Positions 34,265-42,705 of a DNA stretch of 53,013 bases are shown piece after piece. This DNA comes from a virus. Taxonomy: Duplodnaviria > Caudoviricetes. Positions within the stretch are counted from its first letter, which is position 1. Each line of letters starts with the position of its first letter. Under the pieces are notes generated by a model. The model made no database searches, was not told the DNA's origin, and was given only the letters and a program-made list of their open reading frames with translations. The position numbers were made by a program, and so were the translations under genes. The stretch lies in IMG/VR virus record IMGVR_UViG_3300049926_000089, positions 1 to 53,013 of that record; one strand, given 5' to 3'.

Positions 34265-34836
34265 TGGGCGCTGGTCCGCGTACGGTATTCGAGCGGCGGA
34301 ACTCGATCAGCGGCCATGCGATTCTCGGCGTACTCAGATGGCGTTCCACCTGTCGGCCCACTGATTCGGCGGACGACCAGTATTGGCTGGTCACTTTGGG
34401 TATCAAGTAGGTCCATATCTTCGGCTGTGGGCCTCTCGGCAGTTACGAAGTCGATGGACTCTTCCAGCGGGTATCCGCGCTCAGCAAGCACACGGACCGC
34501 TCCGCCCTTGATCTTCTTCATCTCAGCGAGCGGAGTGCCAGCCGCGATCGAAGCCGGGTAATAGGAGATCGCGATCTCGACTGGCTGGTCATTGGCGAGG
34601 ATCAAACGCCGACGGCTGACTACCTGTTTCCCAGGCGCGAGCTGCAGGGCTTCTTGCACCTCAGGAGGAGGCGAGCCGGTCTCAACGGCAAGCAGACGCT
34701 GAGTGCCGACTCTGCCAAGACGGACCGCTTCGGAGGCCCAGGCGTCGCCCTCTTGAGGCGCTGTGTACGGGTCAGAGCTGCTACTGCGCACGTTGCTCAC
34801 CAGAACCCCTATCTGTGGCATCAACTCTCCGATCAT
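34261..34836 (-). CDS. stand-alone UTRA-domain protein
   Basis: Parallels the neighbour's C-terminal domain (SYYP..A.GT.LAE..KIKGG...LA..GYPL); no HTH. Confidence 0.85.
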   Translation of the reverse strand: MIGELMPQIGVLVSNVRSSSSDPYTAPQEGDAWASEAVRLGRVGTQRLLAVETGSPPPEVQEALQLAPGKQVVSRRRLILANDQPVEIAISYYPASIAAGTPLAEMKKIKGGAVRVLAERGYPLEESIDFVTAERPTAEDMDLLDTQSDQPILVVRRISGPTGGTPSEYAENRMAADRVPPLEYRTRTSAQ

Positions 34837-34886
34837 GCCTCAGCGGCCTTAGTGCACCAGCACCGGGAGTACTTAGGCCATCATAC

Positions 34887-34918
34887 TTGCAACCTTAGTG
34901 CTATCAGTACTAAGGTTG
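34887..34918 (+). promoter_or_regulatory. transfer-operon promoter overlapped by a 29-bp operator palindrome
   Basis: TTGCAA-18 nt-TAAGGT; CAACCTTAGTGCT-ATC-AGTACTAAGGTTG (12/13 arms). Confidence 0.7.
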
Positions 34919-34972
34919 ATGCCACGGCCCCGCCGGGACCAGCCACCTCCTCCTACGAGCCAGGAAGCCGAC

Positions 34973-35212
34973 ATGACTTGGCAGAGGGCAAAGACCGTGT
35001 GTAAGCACGGACACCCGTTAACGCCGGAAAACACGCGTATCGGGCGCTCGGGGAGACGCCAGTGCATTGAGTGCGGTCGCATCCGGTCTCGTGAGCACCA
35101 GCGTCGGAAGCGAGCGCAAGACAGGGACGCAGGTCAAGACATCAAGCGACCTCCGGCGGTGCTCGAACACCAGCCGGAGGTCTCGATCGACTCGTCTAGG
35201 AGTCAACCGTGA
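34973..35212 (+). CDS. small Zn-binding protein
   Basis: KTVCKHGHPLTPENT..RQCIEC motif (usually appended to phage HNH proteins); TTA codon. Confidence 0.7.
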   Translation: MTWQRAKTVCKHGHPLTPENTRIGRSGRRQCIECGRIRSREHQRRKRAQDRDAGQDIKRPPAVLEHQPEVSIDSSRSQP

Positions 35213-35370
35213 GAACCATCTTCGCAGCTAAGTGCGTACGCCGCGAGAACCAGCTGGACACCAGGCGCTGGGCCCGCGACCTCGTAGCGCACCCGTCCCG
35301 CTACGGCGCGGACGAGCGCACCCGCGGCATCGTTGCCGATCTTCTTCTGAGCTTGGAGTCAGGACGATGA
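35209..35370 (+). CDS. hypothetical protein
   Basis: Absent from the ORF track; (M)RTIFAAKCVRREN...; 4-nt overlaps at both ends. Confidence 0.6.
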   Translation: MRTIFAAKCVRRENQLDTRRWARDLVAHPSRYGADERTRGIVADLLLSLESGR

Positions 35371-35804
35371 CCCAGACGCTGACCGAGACCCTCGACCTCA
35401 TCCACCACGTGACCCGCTACGGCAACGTGATCTCGTGCGGCGCGACCGGTCCGGTCCGGTGCGAAGAGACGGCCATGAAGGTCACCTGCGAGGCGTGCCA
35501 CGCCGCCGACGACCAGGCTCGTTACGACTACGCGTGGGACATGGCGCTGGAAGACGACGCCGAGCGCGACGCCATCGCCGAAGACCACGCCGAGGCGCTG
35601 GCCGAGCACTACTACCTGCTGAAAGACGAGCACGTGGCCGCTGGTGGCATCCTGCCCAGCTCGGTCCGGTACGCCACCGACGACGACCGGTTCCGCGAGC
35701 ACCCCCGCGACGGCCGTCGGCGCACCTACGCCGAGGCGATCGAGTGGCTGTGCGGGGCGCGGCAGAGCGACTTCCGCGATGACACCGCCGCGGTGACCCG
35801 ATGA
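35367..35804 (+). CDS. hypothetical protein
   Basis: Start MTQTLTETL; coupled. Confidence 0.65.
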   Translation: MTQTLTETLDLIHHVTRYGNVISCGATGPVRCEETAMKVTCEACHAADDQARYDYAWDMALEDDAERDAIAEDHAEALAEHYYLLKDEHVAAGGILPSSVRYATDDDRFREHPRDGRRRTYAEAIEWLCGARQSDFRDDTAAVTR

Positions 35805-35971
35805 ACCTCGTACTGCTGAACCTGCTGTTGATGACCTTCGGCCCGTTCGCGGTGCTGCTGCCGATGGCGGCGGCGGTGCGCCTGTCCTTCGCCGGCCGCC
35901 GGGTTCGGACCTACCGCGGCCCGCGGCTGTCGTTCGCGGCCCTGATGCCCCGTCAGGTGGTGTGCTGGTGA
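35801..35971 (+). CDS. small membrane protein
   Basis: Absent from the ORF track; MNLVLLNLLLMTFGPFAVLLPM...; coupled at both ends. Confidence 0.6.
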   Translation: MNLVLLNLLLMTFGPFAVLLPMAAAVRLSFAGRRVRTYRGPRLSFAALMPRQVVCW

Positions 35972-36213
35972 GCGCCCGTCCGATCACGTTCCGCCCCGTC
36001 GCCGCCGGGCATTACGTCAATGACGAGACCGGCGTGGAGATCGTGCGCCTGGACGCGCGCCGTTGGACTGTTCGGGTCCCCGAACGCGGCGGCACCCGCG
36101 TCGCGTTCACCACTCTCACCCTGGTCGACGCCGAGCACTGGGCCGGGCAGCTCTCGGTCTCCAAGATGCGCGCCGTCATCGCCGCCGCTTACGACGAGGC
36201 GGTGACCCGATGA
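35968..36213 (+). CDS. hypothetical protein
   Basis: GTG start; coupled. Confidence 0.6.
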   Translation: MSARPITFRPVAAGHYVNDETGVEIVRLDARRWTVRVPERGGTRVAFTTLTLVDAEHWAGQLSVSKMRAVIAAAYDEAVTR

Positions 36214-36620
36214 CCCAGGTCGAGCTGATCCGGCGCAGCATCATCGACGACCCAGCCACCGTGGCCGCGACCGTGGCCCGAGTGCGTCGCAGTGGCCGCC
36301 TGGTCGACATGACGCTGCCCCGGCGCGTGCCGGACGGCCGCGTGCTCGTCGTCGTCACCCTGCGCCCCCCGGAGCCTCAGCCGGTGCGGCCCGTCAAGCG
36401 TCGGCGTTGGGTCAAGCCGGTCGTGATCGCGTCGGCGGTCCTGACGCCCATGGCCGTCGTGGTGGCGTTGCTGGTCGAGTTGGCTCGCACGGTGTGGGCG
36501 GCTCGGACCGCGGTCGGTGGCGTGCTGCTACTGGTCGCCGCGCTGGTCGTCGCCGCCCGGCTCCTCAGCGGGCACCGGGCGACCTGCGCGGGACTGCACT
36601 GCGGGGGGTGCCGGGGATGA
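36210..36620 (+). CDS. two-TM membrane protein with C-terminal CxGLHCxGC motif
   Basis: Two hydrophobic helices; Spd-like context. Confidence 0.7.
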   Translation: MTQVELIRRSIIDDPATVAATVARVRRSGRLVDMTLPRRVPDGRVLVVVTLRPPEPQPVRPVKRRRWVKPVVIASAVLTPMAVVVALLVELARTVWAARTAVGGVLLLVAALVVAARLLSGHRATCAGLHCGGCRG

Positions 36621-37378
36621 GGCAACTGGTCAACGTGCGCCGGTGGGTCAGGTTGGTCCTGGTCCTCGGCGTGGTGGTGTCGATCGTCGCGAACGTCCTG
36701 CACGCCCGACACAACCTCATCAGCCAGTCCATCGCCGCATGGGCGCCGTTGGCGCTGCTGCTGACGATCGAGCTGATCGCCCGGATTCCGGTGCAGAGCC
36801 GCTGGTTGTCGGCGGCCCGGCTGCTGGCGACGGCGACGATCGCCGGGATCGCGGCGTGGGTGAGCTATTGGCACATGGCCGGGGTGGCCCTTCGGTACGG
36901 CGAGGAGCCGGGCGCGGCGCACCTGATCCCGTTCTCCGTGGACGGCCTGATCGTGGTGGCCAGCATCTGCCTGGTGGAGCTGGGTGGGCGCATCCGTGAC
37001 ACCACCGAGGCCGCCCGGGTGACACCCGGACCGGCACCCGCGGTCGCCGAGCAGCCGCCTTCCGCAGTGCCGGTCCGGCCGGTGTTCCTGGAGCCCGACG
37101 GGGTGCCAGAACCGCAGGGCGGCGACCCGGCCGCTGACACCCCGGCGGATCTAGAACTGGCTGGCCAGGAGGCGTACCAGGACGTCCGGTTGAAACCCGA
37201 GATCGAGACCGTGGTCCGTGCCATCAAGATCGCAAACCCGGACTGGGGTTACCAGCGGATCGCCGACGCGGCGCTGACCTCGAAGAGCAACGTCGGACGC
37301 ATCCTGCGCACCCCGCGACCGCCGCGGCTGGAACAGCTGAACGGGCACAAACCCGAACTAGAGGAGGAGCGAGTCTGA
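36617..37378 (+). CDS. DUF2637 / SpdB-like plasmid spread protein
   Basis: SIVANVLHA, AWAPLALL, AAWVSYWHM, RYGE, IPFSVDGL; four TM plus C-terminal HTH-like segment. Confidence 0.82.
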   Translation: MRQLVNVRRWVRLVLVLGVVVSIVANVLHARHNLISQSIAAWAPLALLLTIELIARIPVQSRWLSAARLLATATIAGIAAWVSYWHMAGVALRYGEEPGAAHLIPFSVDGLIVVASICLVELGGRIRDTTEAARVTPGPAPAVAEQPPSAVPVRPVFLEPDGVPEPQGGDPAADTPADLELAGQEAYQDVRLKPEIETVVRAIKIANPDWGYQRIADAALTSKSNVGRILRTPRPPRLEQLNGHKPELEEERV

Positions 37379-37509
37379 TGACGAAGAGCGTGACGGAGCA
37401 GGTGGCTCAGGAGAAGAAGCGGGCGTCGCTGGCGATGGGCGATTCGAAGGCGAAGGCCGAGAAGTACGCCCAGCAGGTCCGGGACTACGACAAGAGGGGC
37501 GGCAAGTGA
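37378..37509 (+). CDS. 43-aa basic peptide
   Basis: GAGGAG RBS; TGATG coupling at both ends. Confidence 0.55.
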   Translation: MTKSVTEQVAQEKKRASLAMGDSKAKAEKYAQQVRDYDKRGGK

Positions 37510-37661
37510 TGGCGGGCTCTGTTCCAGCAAAGGATCTAGGTAACGGATCGGTGCGCTGTGGATACTGCCCAGCCGTAATGGCGCCGGGCCAACAGCACTG
37601 GTGCAAGGGCATCGGCTTCTACGTGAAGAACGACCCAGAAGCGCGCAAGCGCAAGAAGTAG
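37509..37661 (+). CDS. 50-aa Cys-containing peptide
   Basis: TGATG coupling; CGYC..HWC. Confidence 0.5.
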   Translation: MAGSVPAKDLGNGSVRCGYCPAVMAPGQQHWCKGIGFYVKNDPEARKRKK

Positions 37662-37734
37662 CAGCGGGACGCGGCCTACGCCCTCGACAAGCCGGCCGCG
37701 CCCCACAAAACCTCCCCGAGGAAGGAACCCCAGC

Positions 37735-38052
37735 ATGACAGCCCTGGCCAGCCGCCGCGCCGTCAGGCTGCCGCGTCTTTCTCGAGGAGTTCTGGTGCCC
37801 GCCGACCGATACGACGTTCAGCTGTACCGCTACAACGTCCACCTGAAGCGCCACGACCAGCAGACCAACCTCGATCCGCGCGACGACGCCGTCCTGCGGG
37901 GGTGGCTGGAGAAGCTGGTCAAGGCCGAGAAGAACACCCTGGTCCTCGACTTGTCGAAGGGCTGGGAGCTGCGTGTGCGGTTGCCCGGCCGGCCGTACAT
38001 CGTCGCCCGGTGCCGGGTCGGCGATTCGGGCTTGACGACGGTGAAGCGGTGA
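37735..38052 (+). CDS. hypothetical protein
   Basis: GAAGGAA RBS; 105 aa. Confidence 0.7.
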   Translation: MTALASRRAVRLPRLSRGVLVPADRYDVQLYRYNVHLKRHDQQTNLDPRDDAVLRGWLEKLVKAEKNTLVLDLSKGWELRVRLPGRPYIVARCRVGDSGLTTVKR

Positions 38053-38273
38053 CCGGCCGCTCGGATCGTCGTGACACCCGCCGGCGGGCTCGGACGGCGG
38101 AGAAGATCCGCCGCTCGGCGGGGCCGTCCGACGACGCGGCGGTGGCGTTCGACGAGGCCCGGAAGACCATCGCCCGCGACCCGGATCGGGAGCGGCGGGA
38201 GAACCGGTGGAAGCGGCTCACGGTCCTGCTGGCCGAGTTCACGGCCGAGCTGAGAGCTGGTCACCGGCAGTGA
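38049..38273 (+). CDS. basic hypothetical protein
   Basis: GTGA coupling. Confidence 0.6.
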   Translation: MTGRSDRRDTRRRARTAEKIRRSAGPSDDAAVAFDEARKTIARDPDRERRENRWKRLTVLLAEFTAELRAGHRQ

Positions 38274-38397
38274 AGTTCACAGTTCGCAAATTACAGAGAA
38301 GGACCCGCGGTCGGAATCCATGCGCAGAGGCGCGCAGGCGCGCGAGAGGCAGTCTACATCGGTCACTGACCGTCACAACAAGGAAGGGAGAAAGGCT

Positions 38398-38832
38398 GTG
38401 CAAACAGTGGTTTCGGCCGGCGTGGGCATCCTCTGCCTCGTCGCGGCTGGGGTGCTGATCGTGGCCGGCCGCTGGCAGTGGCCCCGCCTGATCGTCGCTC
38501 TGGTCCTCACGGGTACGACGGGTCTGCTCTCGTCGAGCATCGCCGGATGGGTGCAGGGCAGCGTCACGAAGCTCGACGGCAAGTTGTCGGGTTTCATCGG
38601 TAGCTGGACGGGGGCCACGGTCACCGGCCTGTTGTCGCTGGTGTTGGTGGCCTGCCTGGCGTTCTGGGTGTGGCAGGGCCAGATCGACACGAAGACCGTC
38701 GGTGTGGCCGCGGCGGTGCCGTTGACCGTGTCGCTGATCCCGGGCCCGGTGGGTGCGTTCGCCCTCGCCGCGGTGTCGATCGTCCCGTCGGTGCTGGGCG
38801 GCGTCATCGCCTGGCTGTTCGGGATGCGGTGA
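38398..38832 (+). CDS. multi-TM membrane protein (transfer module)
   Basis: Purine-rich RBS; 4-5 hydrophobic segments. Confidence 0.75.
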   Translation: MQTVVSAGVGILCLVAAGVLIVAGRWQWPRLIVALVLTGTTGLLSSSIAGWVQGSVTKLDGKLSGFIGSWTGATVTGLLSLVLVACLAFWVWQGQIDTKTVGVAAAVPLTVSLIPGPVGAFALAAVSIVPSVLGGVIAWLFGMR

Positions 38833-38838
38833 CCGGCG

Positions 38839-39720
38839 ATGGAGATCTTCGGTATCGCCATCGTCGCCGCCGCCCTGATGGGTGCCTGGCACGTCACGAA
38901 GTACGCCGTCCCCCGCGCCATGCGCGCGGTCAGCGGCCGTCGCCGCTCGAGCATCGACGGCTGGAAGTCGGCCCACCCGGGCGCTCCGGCGATCGCCCGG
39001 TGGGCGGCCGTGGTGGCGGCAGCCGTCGCCGCGCTGCGGTGGGGGCCGAGGCACCTGCTCGACGAGACCAGGACGGCGTGGCGGGAGGGCTTCGAGCGGG
39101 GCCGCGAGAGGTACGGGCCCCCGACCGTCGAGCCTGACGAGCTGGTCGACGAGCCCGCCCCGGTAGCGCAGCCGAGGTGTAAGAACCCCGGCTGCTTCTG
39201 CCAGAACGATCCCAACTTCGACGGGCACGAGGACGAGGACGACGTCGCGCCGGCCAAGCCTGCCGGCAACGTCTTCCCGCTCCGTCCCGTCCCCGACCCG
39301 ACACCTGACCTCATCGGCCGCCCGGCCGAGCAGCAGAAGGAGAACACCACCATGCCCATTCAGACCGCGACCGGCGGAGAGATCGTCGACGCCGAGCAGT
39401 TCCTCGCCGAGGCCAAGGCCATCGTGTCGGAGGCCGCCGCCGAGCTCGAGGACGCGGCCGGCGACTCGAACCGGGCCCAGGAGGACTTCGCCCGGATCGA
39501 GAAGATGGTCGCCTCGCTGACCGGGGTGAGGGCCCTGGCCGCCGACATCGGTGCGGTGGCGGCGTTGAAGGAGCCGGCTGAGGCGCGCGCGCAGGCGGCG
39601 AAGGACCGTCTGAGCGCGGCCGAGCAGCGGCTCGCCATCGCGAAGAACGTCGAGCAGATCGCCGGGAAGCACGTGCAGCTGATCGGCACCGCGGCGGGCC
39701 GGTTCTACAAGGCGGGCTGA
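38839..39720 (+). CDS. membrane-anchored coiled-coil protein (transfer module)
   Basis: N-terminal TM, Ala/Glu helical C-terminus; internal AAGGAG plus in-frame ATG at 39352. Confidence 0.75.
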   Translation: MEIFGIAIVAAALMGAWHVTKYAVPRAMRAVSGRRRSSIDGWKSAHPGAPAIARWAAVVAAAVAALRWGPRHLLDETRTAWREGFERGRERYGPPTVEPDELVDEPAPVAQPRCKNPGCFCQNDPNFDGHEDEDDVAPAKPAGNVFPLRPVPDPTPDLIGRPAEQQKENTTMPIQTATGGEIVDAEQFLAEAKAIVSEAAAELEDAAGDSNRAQEDFARIEKMVASLTGVRALAADIGAVAALKEPAEARAQAAKDRLSAAEQRLAIAKNVEQIAGKHVQLIGTAAGRFYKAG

Positions 39721-39730
39721 CCGTTTCCGT

Positions 39731-39760
39731 GCAGGCCCCGCCATGCATGGCGGGGCCTGC
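39731..39760. repeat. perfect 30-bp palindrome
   Basis: GCAGGCCCCGCCATG-CATGGCGGGGCCTGC. Confidence 0.9.
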
Positions 39761-39802
39761 GCTGTGACAGCCAGAAGTCGACTGATGAGAAGGGATCTCG
39801 TG

Positions 39803-41779
39803 ATGGGTCTGGGCCAGTTCATCGGCGCGTTCGCCGACGCCGCGGCACCGGCGCCGATCGTTGTCGCGCCGCCGTCGTGGCAGCGCCGGCTGCGGCGTTG
39901 GGCGTTGCGCAAGGCGGGCCGGATGGTCGCCCGGGCGATGCGGCGGGTGTGGCGCTGGGGCCGGATGCTCGCGCCCTGGTACGTCGCGATGGTCGTGTGG
40001 GTGGCGGCGGCGCTGATGGGACTGGCCGAGCAGGGCTGGCGCACGGTGGCCATCACGGCGGCGGCCGGGCTTCCCGCCCTGTACTGGTGGCTGGGTGCGC
40101 CGCTGGCCGGCCTGACCCGTCGCCGCGGCCTGAAGCCGCTGGAGCATCGCGTCTGGTACGCCGCCTTCTACGCCCTGCTGTCGGTGTGGGCGTCGGTCGG
40201 TGCGGCGACCACGGTGCTGCCTCCATGGGCGGGGGTGCTGTGGGTGTCGACGTTCGCGGTATGGGTGCGCTGGGTGTGGCACCACCGGGTCCGCCCGGCT
40301 GAGCCGCTGCCCGGCCTCGGCGAGCGGGACGCGACGTGGTTGACGGTGAAGGGCATGGGCGGCACCACGCTGGCGAACGTCGTGGATCTGGGCGGTCCTC
40401 GCCGGTGGGAGGCCGACGTCGACCTGGGCGACACCGAGCTGCTCGTCAAGGACGTGACCGCGGCGGCGCCGTACATCGCGAAGCGGTTCAAGGTGCCGTC
40501 CGGCAACGTGGTCGTCGACTACGCCCCCAGCAGGATCGAGCACGTCGCGAAGTTGACCGTCGTCGAGGACAACCCGCTGTTCGAGCCGATCGTCTACGAC
40601 GAGTCGTGGATGCCTACCGAGCAGGACGTGGCGGACGGGTGTGTGCCGTTCCACCTGTACCCGAACGGGATGCGGGGCCGGGCCCGGCTGTGGCTGCCCG
40701 GCGCCGGGACGGTGAACTCGCTGTTCACCGGCGACATCCGCACCGGGAAGTCCGCCGGTATGGAGGCGAAGATGATCCAGGCCTGCTGGACTTCGAAGGT
40801 GTGGCCGATGGCCGCCGACCCGCAGGGCGGTGTCTCGATGCCGACGTGGTGCTCACCGCAGGGCCGCGGCCTCGCGAAGTGGCAGGCCACCGACATTGAG
40901 GCGATCTTCCGGCAGCTGTCCGGCTGGCGTGACGCCGTGTACGCCCGGTCGCGGATGATGGCCGACTTCCGGTGGGTCGACAAGTGGGGCGACGAGCAGG
41001 TCGGCATCAACTGCTGGGACCCCAGCATCCCGGGGATGCCGCCGGCGGTGGGGTGGACCTGCGACGAGTTCTGGATGGTGATGCTGCACGACGAGTTCTA
41101 CGAGATCTTCAAGGAGTGCTTCAAGATCCAGAACAAGACGGGGATGTTCATGGACATCGCGACGCAGTACCCGGGCATCGAGGAGTTCCACAACGACATG
41201 GCGCTGCGCCAGCCACTGACCGCGGGCAACATGTGGTCGTACCGGAACACGGCCAGCTCGGTGAAGGAGATGATCCTGCCGTCAGGTACGCCGTCACCGC
41301 AGAACATCCCGTGGGAGACGCCCGAGGGCGCGCACACGAAGGGCACGATGATCGCGGTGTCGCAGGCCCCCAGGTCGTCGCTGCCGGTGTACTCGCGGTC
41401 GGTCTGGGCGGAGCGCAGCCGGTACTGGGCGGCGAAGGCGGTGCAGCGGGTGCCGGAGCTGGACGCGGTGACGATGGGCGCGTTCGCGAAGTGGATGGAC
41501 CCGGCCGCGCCGGTGGCCGAGCCGCAGCGGGAACGGATCGTGGTCGCCGCGCCGGCGCAGCTGCGCGTGAAGGACCGCATCCTGGCGTTCCTGCGCGGCC
41601 GTGACGAGCAGCGGGCGCATACCGGTGTCATCGCCGAGCAGTTGGAGCTGCCGAAGGGTACGGCCGGCACGACCCTGAAGCGGATGGAGGCCGACGGGCT
41701 GGTCCGCCAGCTACGCCGTGGCGTCTGGTCGCTGGAGGTGGCGGAGGTCGAGGAGCGCGAGCCGGTGGCGGTCGCCTGA
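39803..41779 (+). CDS. traB: FtsK/SpoIIIE-family DNA translocase, TraB-like
   Basis: N-terminal TM helices, Walker A GDIRTGKS, DPQGGVS.P, Walker B WTCDE, ATQYP, C-terminal winged helix. Confidence 0.82.
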   Translation: MGLGQFIGAFADAAAPAPIVVAPPSWQRRLRRWALRKAGRMVARAMRRVWRWGRMLAPWYVAMVVWVAAALMGLAEQGWRTVAITAAAGLPALYWWLGAPLAGLTRRRGLKPLEHRVWYAAFYALLSVWASVGAATTVLPPWAGVLWVSTFAVWVRWVWHHRVRPAEPLPGLGERDATWLTVKGMGGTTLANVVDLGGPRRWEADVDLGDTELLVKDVTAAAPYIAKRFKVPSGNVVVDYAPSRIEHVAKLTVVEDNPLFEPIVYDESWMPTEQDVADGCVPFHLYPNGMRGRARLWLPGAGTVNSLFTGDIRTGKSAGMEAKMIQACWTSKVWPMAADPQGGVSMPTWCSPQGRGLAKWQATDIEAIFRQLSGWRDAVYARSRMMADFRWVDKWGDEQVGINCWDPSIPGMPPAVGWTCDEFWMVMLHDEFYEIFKECFKIQNKTGMFMDIATQYPGIEEFHNDMALRQPLTAGNMWSYRNTASSVKEMILPSGTPSPQNIPWETPEGAHTKGTMIAVSQAPRSSLPVYSRSVWAERSRYWAAKAVQRVPELDAVTMGAFAKWMDPAAPVAEPQRERIVVAAPAQLRVKDRILAFLRGRDEQRAHTGVIAEQLELPKGTAGTTLKRMEADGLVRQLRRGVWSLEVAEVEEREPVAVA

Positions 41780-41813
41780 TGCACGTCGTGAAGAAGAAGA
41801 GCGCGGTGAGACG

Positions 41814-42095
41814 ATGACCGGCATGGACGACCTGGTGACCTGGCTGCGCGGCGAGATCAACACGGATGAGGCAGGCCTGCGTACGTGGCTGTCGAACCTA
41901 CCCGACGACTCGGGCGCTGCGGATTGGGTGCGGCAGTTCCTCGTCGAGGTGGACGCCAAGCGGCGGATCATCGACTTCCTTGACCCAAGTGACGCACCCG
42001 AGGGCGATGGCAAGTTCGTCGCAGAGAGAGCGCTGCTGCTCCTCGCGCTGCCGTACGCCGACCGGCCCGGTTACCGCGACGGCCAGCGTCCCTGA
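41814..42095 (+). CDS. DUF6221-family protein
   Basis: MDDLVTWLR..EVDAKRRII..LLALPYADRPGYR. Confidence 0.8.
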   Translation: MTGMDDLVTWLRGEINTDEAGLRTWLSNLPDDSGAADWVRQFLVEVDAKRRIIDFLDPSDAPEGDGKFVAERALLLLALPYADRPGYRDGQRP

Positions 42096-42136
42096 TCTGT
42101 CGGACCGGTCGGGTATTCTGGCCGAGCACACGGGAA

Positions 42137-42174
42137 AGAGCCGCCCCAGACCGATGAAGGTCTGGGGCGGCTCT
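42137..42174. terminator. terminator between convergent transfer and late operons
   Basis: 16-bp perfect stem AGAGCCGCCCCAGACC/GGTCTGGGGCGGCTCT, 6-nt loop. Confidence 0.85.
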
Positions 42175-42252
42175 GTTGATATTGCCTCTGAGCTGCCGTT
42201 ACGCGCTCAGCGCCACGGAGAGCGACGAACGTGAACGGGCTGGGGTGATTCC

Positions 42253-42621
42253 CTACGTGTCGGAGCCTGCCGTGACGGTCACCGGCGGCGTCGAGCCGGT
42301 TTCGGTGGTGGCGGGGGCGATCCAGATGCCGACGGCGCCGGCCGCGGTGATGAGCATCAGCAGGATCTCGTCGGCGCCGATCCCGCCGAGGATCGCGGTC
42401 ACGAGGACCTGCAGCACGGCGAGGACGGCGGCGAGCGCGCTCTTCGACCACTTCGCGCCGGGCGCGAGGGGGATGAGGTAGACGCCGACGGCGGTGGCCC
42501 CGGCGATGGAGACGTTGACCCACTCGACGGCGTCGATGTGGCCGTCGCCGGACAGCGCCTGGTAGGCGACCACGATGGCCGCGACGATCACGGCGACGAT
42601 GGCTTTCCCGTACTTGGCCAT
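42253..42621 (-). CDS. holin-like protein
   Basis: MAKYGKAIVAVIVAA..; four TM as a duplicated two-helix unit. Confidence 0.75.
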   Translation of the reverse strand: MAKYGKAIVAVIVAAIVVAYQALSGDGHIDAVEWVNVSIAGATAVGVYLIPLAPGAKWSKSALAAVLAVLQVLVTAILGGIGADEILLMLITAAGAVGIWIAPATTETGSTPPVTVTAGSDT

Positions 42622-42705
42622 GGTGCTCCGATCTTGGATGTAATGGGAACGGCCCGATACTTGAGATCGGGGCCGGGCTGTTGACGGCGGCGTTACATTC
42701 GCCGG

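Noticed and set aside
36995-37145. TGACACC occurring three times as TraB recognition repeats
   Set aside because: Only 7 bp, irregularly spaced and inside a coding region; too weak to call
38239-40654. 605-aa and 447-aa minus-strand ORFs
   Set aside because: Antisense to the coherent + strand transfer operon
39803-41779. Type VII secretion EccC or chromosomal FtsK
   Set aside because: Single ATPase domain with C-terminal wHTH and Spd/Kor-like neighbours; no other T7SS genes recognised
33488-42095. Reading this block as host chromosome (prophage edge) or as an autonomous AICE
   Set aside because: Phage genes flank both sides, the candidate attP is intact, and no housekeeping, rep, xis or second integrase gene is visible
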